Shown: positions 56,718 to 62,897 of the stretch, in pieces
Position numbering within the stretch: the first letter of the stretch is position 1
How the letters are laid out: the number at the start of each line of letters is the position of its first letter
Origin: Candidatus Moraniibacteriota bacterium
GTDB lineage: Bacteria > Patescibacteriota > Minisyncoccia > Moranbacterales > GCA-2747515
NCBI GenBank assembly: GCA_030592425.1
Contig: JAUVJK010000001.1
Coordinates: forward strand, 1-62,897
Length of the DNA stretch: 62,897 nucleotides
Direction of reading: 5' to 3'
Program-made: the position numbers and the translations under genes
Notes under the pieces: model-generated
Told to the model about the DNA's origin: nothing
The model's input: only the letters and a program-made list of their open reading frames with translations
Databases searched by the model: none

Positions 56718-57404
56718 TTATAATAAATATTTTGCGATCTCTTTTTGAGCACGTTCAAGATCTTCCGGCGTTCCCACAGGAAACCAATGTTCTGTCGTGA
56801 TCACAGAAATTTCATGATGATCTCGCATTGTTACGATCGTCTGTGGTAATCCATATTCACCACTGCCAATCGCTACCAGTGCATAGTCAAAATACTCTGG
56901 CGTCAGCGCGTATGCTGCAGTATTCACAAGTCCTTCTTTACGGTCATGTGGCCGCTCCACAACACCTACAAGGTGACTCTTCTCATCAATATCAACAAGT
57001 CCATACGACTGTGCATTTTGTGTTTCGTAGGCAAGAAGTGCAAGATCATATTGTGTCAATCTTTCAATATCTTTTTTCATATAAAGATCATCCCCCATCA
57101 AAACAAGAAATTTTTCATCACCAATCATTTCTTTTGTAAGCGTAAGCGCACCAGCAGTTCCATTAAATTCTTTTTGCTCGACATAACGAATCCTTCGACC
57201 GCTATAAACATCACCAAAATAATCAATGATCTGTTGTTTGTGATAACCAACGACCAAGATCACTTCTGTCACAACAGATGGGAGCTTCTCTATTGTATAT
57301 GCAAGTTTTGGCTTTCCCTTGATTGGCAGCATCGGTTTTGGACAATCATTCGTTAATTCACCCATACGTGTTCCACGTCCCGCTGCTAATATAATACACT
57401 TCAT
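56718..57404 (-). CDS. sugar-phosphate nucleotidyltransferase (GlmU N-domain/RmlA-like)
   Basis: MKCIILAAGRGTRMGELTNDCPKPMLPIKGKP. Trimmed to ATG 57402-57404. Confidence 0.85.
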   Translation of the reverse strand: MKCIILAAGRGTRMGELTNDCPKPMLPIKGKPKLAYTIEKLPSVVTEVILVVGYHKQQIIDYFGDVYSGRRIRYVEQKEFNGTAGALTLTKEMIGDEKFLVLMGDDLYMKKDIERLTQYDLALLAYETQNAQSYGLVDIDEKSHLVGVVERPHDRKEGLVNTAAYALTPEYFDYALVAIGSGEYGLPQTIVTMRDHHEISVITTEHWFPVGTPEDLERAQKEIAKYLL

Positions 57405-57521
57405 ACCTCTAGAATAAAAAGACTTACACCTCAACGAAAAAATCTCCAAGTGCTTTATTCTAACATCCATTTCACCTTTTTGACAATGCATTCAAAAACG
57501 ACATCTTTACAATAATCCCCC

Positions 57522-58256
57522 TTATTGTACGTATTTTTTGAGTGTAAAGATCCAATTCTCATCCACATCACCCTCTGCTGCGGCAATTTCTTTTTGTCTA
57601 AGCAACCATTGCAAATACCCCTTATCATGTCGCGCCACATCTGCCACAAGTTCATCACGATGCTTTCCAAAATTAAACATCTTGATAAGAACTGGCTCGG
57701 AAGAGATATGGATCATCTTCTGGATCAATTCTTCATGCGTCCCTGTCCCGATCATTTCATTATATAATTTTTCAAAGACTGCAATAAGTACACGCACATC
57801 GCCCAGAGCATTATGAGCAATAACATCATCAATATCCAACCCAAAATAATATCGTAAAAATTGAAGACGGTACGCAGGAATTTCGCTACGCACATCAAAT
57901 ACATGTGCGAGCTTATAGGTATCGATCACCTTATCAACTTTCAACCCTTCACGCTCAAGCATACTGATATCATACGGTGCATTATGTGCAATAAAGATCG
58001 TTTCATCCTGCTCCAGAATTGTTTCCAGATCACAATAATATTCACTCCCAACAAAAACCTCCTTATCTATAAGATGTTTATTGGTAATGTGCGTCACCTC
58101 CATCGCACGTACATTCATTTCTACCTCTGGATGGAACATCTGTTCACTCTCCTGACCATTATACGCATACGCAACCTGCACCAATCGATCTTCTTCTTCC
58201 AACCCAGTCGCCTCGACATCAAGAAAGAGTAGATTCTGTAAATTTTCTTTTTTCAT
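57522..58256 (-). CDS. DEDDh 3'-5' exonuclease (DnaQ/ExoX-like)
   Basis: LFLDVEATGL (Exo I), IAHNAPYDISML (Exo II), AHNALGDV (Exo III). C-terminal FGKHRDELVADV...YLQWLL domain. Confidence 0.88.
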   Translation of the reverse strand: MKKENLQNLLFLDVEATGLEEEDRLVQVAYAYNGQESEQMFHPEVEMNVRAMEVTHITNKHLIDKEVFVGSEYYCDLETILEQDETIFIAHNAPYDISMLEREGLKVDKVIDTYKLAHVFDVRSEIPAYRLQFLRYYFGLDIDDVIAHNALGDVRVLIAVFEKLYNEMIGTGTHEELIQKMIHISSEPVLIKMFNFGKHRDELVADVARHDKGYLQWLLRQKEIAAAEGDVDENWIFTLKKYVQ

Positions 58257-58272
58257 AATTTTTTATTATTTC

Positions 58273-58338
58273 TTGGGTACCTTTTCAGTTTTCCTCTGAT
58301 CAGCCTTCGGCTGGAAAGGTACCTTAAAAGGTACCCAA
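58273..58338 (-). terminator. nested inverted-repeat structure downstream of leuS
   Basis: Outer 13-bp arms TTGGGTACCTTTT (58273-58285) and AAAAGGTACCCAA (58326-58338). Inner hairpin CAGCC-TTC-GGCTG (58301-58313). Three GGTACC cores. Confidence 0.5.
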
Positions 58339-58343
58339 ATAAA

Positions 58344-61340
58344 TTATACAACAATACTTACTAATTTTCCCTGAACGAAGATCACTTTTCGTACTTTTTT
58401 GCCGTCAATAAATTTCTGTACTTTTTTGCTAGCGAGGGCTTTTTCTTTTGCATCATCTTCTGCAATATCAGCTGCGACCATGATCTTATCACGTACTTTT
58501 CCATTTACTTGTACAACAAGCTCAATCTCGTCATCACTGAGATATTTTTCATCATAGACTGGCCAATTCTCTTCGATCAGAAATGATGTATTGCCCATTT
58601 GTTCCCAAAGCTCTTGTGTTATATGTGGCGCAAAGGGACAGAGGATCTTCAGAAAAGCACCAAAGTCTTCTGTAGAAATACTCTTTTGCTTTTCGATATC
58701 ATTGGAGAGGATCATCATTGCAGAAATTGCTGTATTATATTTCATCTCTTCAATATCGTCACCCACTTTATTGATCGTTTTGTGCAGTGTTTTTTTCAAA
58801 GCATTGGGTGTTTCACCACCAACATAGTCTCTGTAGTAGATCTTCCAAATACGTTCGATGAATTTTCGTGACCCAATCATTCCTTCTGTATTCCATGCGA
58901 CACTCGCATCAAAAGGCCCCATAAACATTTCATACGTACGAAACGTGTCAGCACCAAAACGCTCGATCACATCATCCGGATTGATCACATTTCCCCAACG
59001 TTTACTCATCTTTCGTCCATCCTCTGCTATGATCAGTCCAACAGTCTGTAATTTCGCAAAAGGTTCGTCATGTGACACAACACCAATATCAAAAAGGAAT
59101 TTATGCCAAAATCGTGCATAGATCAAGTGCCGCGTCGCATGTTCTTCGCCACCAACATAAAAATCAACAGGTGACCAATACTTTTCTTTCTGAGGATCTA
59201 CAAGAGCGGTGTCATTCTTTGGATCAATATAGCGCAAATAATACCAACTCGATCCTGCCCACTGTGGCATCGTATCTGTTTCACGCCGCGCAGATCCACC
59301 ACACTGTGGACACTCTGTATTAACCCATTCATCAATTCCCGCGAGTGGCGATTCTCCTGTATCCGTCGGCTCATAATGCTCCACATCTGGAAGTACCAAT
59401 GGCAATTCTTCTTCTGGCATTGGTACAACACCACACTTCTCACAATGAATAAGTGGAATTGGCTCGCCCCAATACCGCTGCCGTCCAAATACCCAGTCAC
59501 GCAATCGATAAGATGTCTTTTCTTCAGCGAGGTCCTTTTGTGCAAGCCACTGCGTGATCTTTGATCGTGCTTCCTCTGACGTAAGCCCGTCGAAATCACC
59601 AGAGTTTACAAGAATACCATCTTCTTCATAGCATTCTTCGAAATTTTTCACTTTTTCCCATGCAGCGTCACTCTTCGGACGAATCGAAACTGTAAGGGGA
59701 ATATTATACTTCTTTGCCATCACAAAATCACGCGCATCATGCGCATCAGCGAACACCGCGCCCGTACCATAGTACGCAAGAACAAAATCTGAAATCCACA
59801 CAGGAATCTCCTGTCCAGTCGCTGGATTGATCACTGTCACACTCTTAAGCTCAACACCCGTTTTTTCTTTATCTACAGCGGTACGATCAATCTCTGTCTT
59901 CTTCTGTGCTGCCTGGATATATTCTTCAACCTCAGTTCCATTTGATATTTTTTCTTTTAATATTTCTACAAGCTCATGTTCCGGTGCAAGAATCACAAAC
60001 GCACCAGAAAAGATCGTATCAACACGCGTCGTGAATACTTTTATAGAGATGTCTTGCACGCCTGAAATAAGATCCAATAACGCTGGGATCTCCTGCTTTT
60101 TTAGCGTACTACCAAAGTGACCTCTATCGTTAAATTTTATGAAGTTCGCATCAAGACCGTGTGCATTTGTTTCTCCATGACTAAATGATACCCATTTATC
60201 ATCTGTTGAATGAAGAACGACAAAATCATCACAATGCTTTTTTATCGCTTCAAAATCATAACCGGCATCTGTATAAAATCCATGTGTATTGTCTTTTGTG
60301 TGTTTCTCGTCACATTTTGCATAGTTCGTTGCAACAAGGATTACTTTTTTTACCTTAAAGTTTTCTGGTTGTTTTTCAAGCCATCGCAAAATCGCAACAC
60401 CTCCACGAGAATGCCCTATAAGAATTGTGTCCTCAGTTGGCTTAGTATCATCTAACTGTGACAGCCACTCGTCCATGTGCGGATCATCAGCATGCAATAA
60501 AACTGGTGCAACAAATGGAATTTTTTTCTTTTGCATTTCTGCCGCAAGCCATGGATACCATTTTTGAGAGGGATCAGTATCTTTGCCATGCATCAAGATC
60601 ACTTTTTGTGACGTACTTTTTAATTCTTCATTCTTAATTCTAAATTCTATTTCTGCACCTTCACTTCTGCCGATCCAATTCCTCTGTGATTGCTTGATAT
60701 TTTCTTGCCAATCGAGCCCATCGAGATCTGCAAGCATGCGATCTGCATAGTCAGTGATCTTAATCACCCATTGTGGCATTTTTTTCTTTTCGATTGGTGT
60801 ACCACAACGCTCACAAGCGCCGTCCTCAAGGTCTTCGTTGGCAAGTCCCGTCTTACATGACGGACACCAGTTGATCGGCTCATGCGAACGATAGACAAGA
60901 TCTTTCTTGAACATTTGCAAGAATGTCCACTGCGTCCATTTATAATAGTCAGGATCAGTTGTGGAAAATTCTCGATCCCAATCATAGTTAAGTGAGATCT
61001 TCTCGATCTGAGTCTTGAATGTGGCAATATTCTCTTGTGTCGCAACACGTGGATGAACTTTATTTTTGAGTGCATATTGTTCTGCCGGCAAACCAAAAGC
61101 ATCCCAGCCCATTGGATGAAGCACATTAAAGCCTTTCATTTTCTTGTACCGCGCAATAATATCGGTGGCGATATAGCCCTTAGGATGCCCCACATGCAAT
61201 CCTACGCCAGAAGGATAAGGAAACATATCAAGAATATAGAATTTTTCTTTGTCAGCATCTTCTGTCGTTTTATAGACACCAGAAGTTTCCCATTTTTCCC
61301 GCCATTTTTGCTCAATTTTCTTATGTTCGTAAAGTTCCAT
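58344..61340 (-). CDS. leuS: leucyl-tRNA synthetase carrying an in-frame alpha/beta-hydrolase insertion
   Basis: HVGHP (HIGH), KMSKR (KMSKS), editing-domain motifs TTRVDT and YGTGAVFADAHDARD; 998 aa. Confidence 0.97.
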   Translation of the reverse strand: MELYEHKKIEQKWREKWETSGVYKTTEDADKEKFYILDMFPYPSGVGLHVGHPKGYIATDIIARYKKMKGFNVLHPMGWDAFGLPAEQYALKNKVHPRVATQENIATFKTQIEKISLNYDWDREFSTTDPDYYKWTQWTFLQMFKKDLVYRSHEPINWCPSCKTGLANEDLEDGACERCGTPIEKKKMPQWVIKITDYADRMLADLDGLDWQENIKQSQRNWIGRSEGAEIEFRIKNEELKSTSQKVILMHGKDTDPSQKWYPWLAAEMQKKKIPFVAPVLLHADDPHMDEWLSQLDDTKPTEDTILIGHSRGGVAILRWLEKQPENFKVKKVILVATNYAKCDEKHTKDNTHGFYTDAGYDFEAIKKHCDDFVVLHSTDDKWVSFSHGETNAHGLDANFIKFNDRGHFGSTLKKQEIPALLDLISGVQDISIKVFTTRVDTIFSGAFVILAPEHELVEILKEKISNGTEVEEYIQAAQKKTEIDRTAVDKEKTGVELKSVTVINPATGQEIPVWISDFVLAYYGTGAVFADAHDARDFVMAKKYNIPLTVSIRPKSDAAWEKVKNFEECYEEDGILVNSGDFDGLTSEEARSKITQWLAQKDLAEEKTSYRLRDWVFGRQRYWGEPIPLIHCEKCGVVPMPEEELPLVLPDVEHYEPTDTGESPLAGIDEWVNTECPQCGGSARRETDTMPQWAGSSWYYLRYIDPKNDTALVDPQKEKYWSPVDFYVGGEEHATRHLIYARFWHKFLFDIGVVSHDEPFAKLQTVGLIIAEDGRKMSKRWGNVINPDDVIERFGADTFRTYEMFMGPFDASVAWNTEGMIGSRKFIERIWKIYYRDYVGGETPNALKKTLHKTINKVGDDIEEMKYNTAISAMMILSNDIEKQKSISTEDFGAFLKILCPFAPHITQELWEQMGNTSFLIEENWPVYDEKYLSDDEIELVVQVNGKVRDKIMVAADIAEDDAKEKALASKKVQKFIDGKKVRKVIFVQGKLVSIVV
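60057..60623 (-). other. about 190-aa serine-hydrolase (RBBP9/YdeN-like alpha/beta) domain inserted in LeuRS
   Basis: LeuRS aa ~240-428: KVILMHG, WYPWL, ILIGHSRGG (Ser codon 60408-60410), VILVATNY, VVLHSTDDKWV, NDRGHF. Confidence 0.75.
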
Positions 61341-61549
61341 AATTTATGCTTTTCATGATCTTTTATCTTTCTATACTATCGCAATTCTACCCTTTGGACA
61401 AATTTTTATACCGAGAAATTACATGCAACATCTCATCACAACATGACTATACAAAAAAGAATACCGGTATTAATACCTGTATTCTTTTTTTGTCCAATAT
61501 CCTCAATAAAAGAAGTCTAGTGAGTTTTTGTAGATTCACCTTCTTCTTC

Positions 61550-62897
61550 CTACATTTCCTCTGTTTGCTCTACATTTTCAGCTGCCCTTAATTGTCCATT
61601 TGTTGGCGCGCTGAGATATTCATGGAAAGCAATGAGTCCTAACGTGGCGACAAAGCACCCCACAACCATCACAATTCCTCCTACACGGATCCATTCTTTG
61701 AATGAAATTGAATGACCTGCCTGTTCCGACTTGGACACAACGATCACACCAGCGGATGAACCAATAGGAGTACCATTACCGCCAAGACCTACACCAAAGA
61801 CCAGTGCCCACCACAGGAGATTTACATCTACTCCTTGTGTCTGAAGGTATACAATAACAGGGATCATCGCGACTGTAAATGGGATATTATCGATGATTGC
61901 AGAAAGAACAGCGCTCGCCCACAGAACGATGATCGCTGTCATAAGAATATTATCTGCCGCGCCTGATGTAAGTGTATCAGCAAGAACTTTGAGGACGCCT
62001 GCATGTTCCAAACCACCAACGATCACAAAGAGTGCCGCAAAAAATGCCAACACGGAGAGTTCGAGTTTTTCGAAGATTTTCTGCGGATCTTTGTGTGGTA
62101 CGACCAGAATAAGTGCCATTGCTGCACCAATCAGAGCTACCATCGCCGGCTGGAGATGGATTATGTGATGTATAAAAAATAGCGCGACAACAACTACAAG
62201 TACAAATATGATGATCTTTAGAGTCTGTGGATCCTCGATCGCATCCTTCTCATTCATTTTCATCAGCTCATCTATATGCTGTGGCGATTCCTTGATTTCT
62301 TTACGATAGATAATTCTAAGCGTCAGAAGCGTTGCAAGCCATACAAAGATAATTATCGGCAGAGAATGTGTCAGAAAGTCATTAAAACTAAAGTTCGCCG
62401 CTGATGCGATCATAATGTTTGGTGGATCACCGACCAATGTTGCGATGCCCCCTACATTGGCAAGAATTGCTTCCGCAATCAAAAGCGGAATCACAGAAAT
62501 TTTGATCATACGCGCGATAATGATCGTAATTGGCACAATCAAAATGATCGTCGTAACATTATCGAGAATCATGGAAAGCGCTGATGTCAACGTACCGAGA
62601 GCAACAATTAATAGCCATGGATTACCCTTTGTTTTCTTTGCCGTGAGGATTCCGAGATATTGAAAGGCACCTGTCGTTTCCAGAATTGCAACGACCACCA
62701 TCATTCCCATAAGAAGTCCGATCGTATTGAAATCAATTGCCGCGAGTGCTTCGCTACCAGAGTAAAACCCACTGAAGTGTCCGTACAAGACCATCGTGAT
62801 CGCACCAAAGATAGCAATTACAGTACGATGTATACGCTCAGAAATGATGAGTCCGAACGTAATCACAAAAATGATCGTACTGACGGTAAATTCTATA
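61550..62897 (-). CDS. ArsB/NhaD (CitMHS-type) anion permease, N-terminus beyond the window
   Basis: Polytopic, with GDPPNIMIASAANFSFNDFL. The frame stays open to base 62897; the ORF-track M at 62866 is an internal GTG. Confidence 0.85.
   Translation of the reverse strand, partial: IEFTVSTIIFVITFGLIISERIHRTVIAIFGAITMVLYGHFSGFYSGSEALAAIDFNTIGLLMGMMVVVAILETTGAFQYLGILTAKKTKGNPWLLIVALGTLTSALSMILDNVTTIILIVPITIIIARMIKISVIPLLIAEAILANVGGIATLVGDPPNIMIASAANFSFNDFLTHSLPIIIFVWLATLLTLRIIYRKEIKESPQHIDELMKMNEKDAIEDPQTLKIIIFVLVVVVALFFIHHIIHLQPAMVALIGAAMALILVVPHKDPQKIFEKLELSVLAFFAALFVIVGGLEHAGVLKVLADTLTSGAADNILMTAIIVLWASAVLSAIIDNIPFTVAMIPVIVYLQTQGVDVNLLWWALVFGVGLGGNGTPIGSSAGVIVVSKSEQAGHSISFKEWIRVGGIVMVVGCFVATLGLIAFHEYLSAPTNGQLRAAENVEQTEEM

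Noticed and set aside
60057-60623. Intein or mobile intron as explanation for the LeuRS insertion
   Set aside because: There is no Cys/Ser/Thr at the N-terminal splice junction, no His-Asn C-terminal junction and no endonuclease motifs. The segment has alpha/beta-hydrolase motifs in canonical order.
1-62897. CRISPR arrays, transposases, integrases, prophage or toxin-antitoxin modules
   Set aside because: I looked for regularly spaced direct repeats and for recombinase or transposase motifs (DDE, tyrosine/serine recombinase) in all ORFs and saw none. The only repeats are the short palindromes and the topA 3' duplication reported above.
1-62897. Alternative genetic code (UGA or UAG reassignment, as in some candidate phyla)
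   Set aside because: All conserved genes (r-proteins, EF-Tu/G, FtsZ, GlmS, TopA, LeuRS) are full-length and uninterrupted under the standard code.

Overview
AT-rich, very gene-dense 62.9-kb chromosomal segment with about 70 protein genes and one tRNA. All conserved genes read through intact under the standard bacterial code. All family calls come from reading motifs in the supplied translations; no database search or folding program was run, and many ORF-track starts were trimmed to internal ATGs. Minus strand, in transcription order (descending coordinates): an ArsB/NhaD-type permease, leuS, a cell-envelope precursor block (NTP-transferase, yvcK, HAD, glmS, uppP, folD), parA-parB, lepB, hisS, HIT, rpsU, yqeY, ybeY, dgkA, ftsA-ftsZ, nrdR, a split comEC, ndk, a secreted nuclease, a mutY-like gene, pyrF-pyrE, then rpsL-rpsG-fusA-tuf and the S10/spc ribosomal cluster through secY-map. 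Plus-strand islands carry LCP-pth-dprA-topA, a short Rel enzyme and tRNA-Leu(CAA). There is no room for L30 between rpsE and rplO. That absence, the Lys-rich tails on translation proteins and the reduced metabolism suggest a Patescibacteria/CPR-like organism; this is inference. No CRISPR array, transposase, integrase or prophage was seen. The strongest observations are: (1) a complete serine-hydrolase (alpha/beta) domain inserted in-frame into LeuRS at the entry to its editing domain; (2) a second, synonymously recoded copy of the last 25 codons of topA just past its stop, in the -1 frame behind a hairpin; (3) a 245-nt highly structured spacer with a terminator-like hairpin between rpsJ and rplC; (4) non-ribosomal genes inserted inside the str operon; (5) a palindrome cluster at the ndk promoter; (6) two pairs of paralogous 2-TM proteins.
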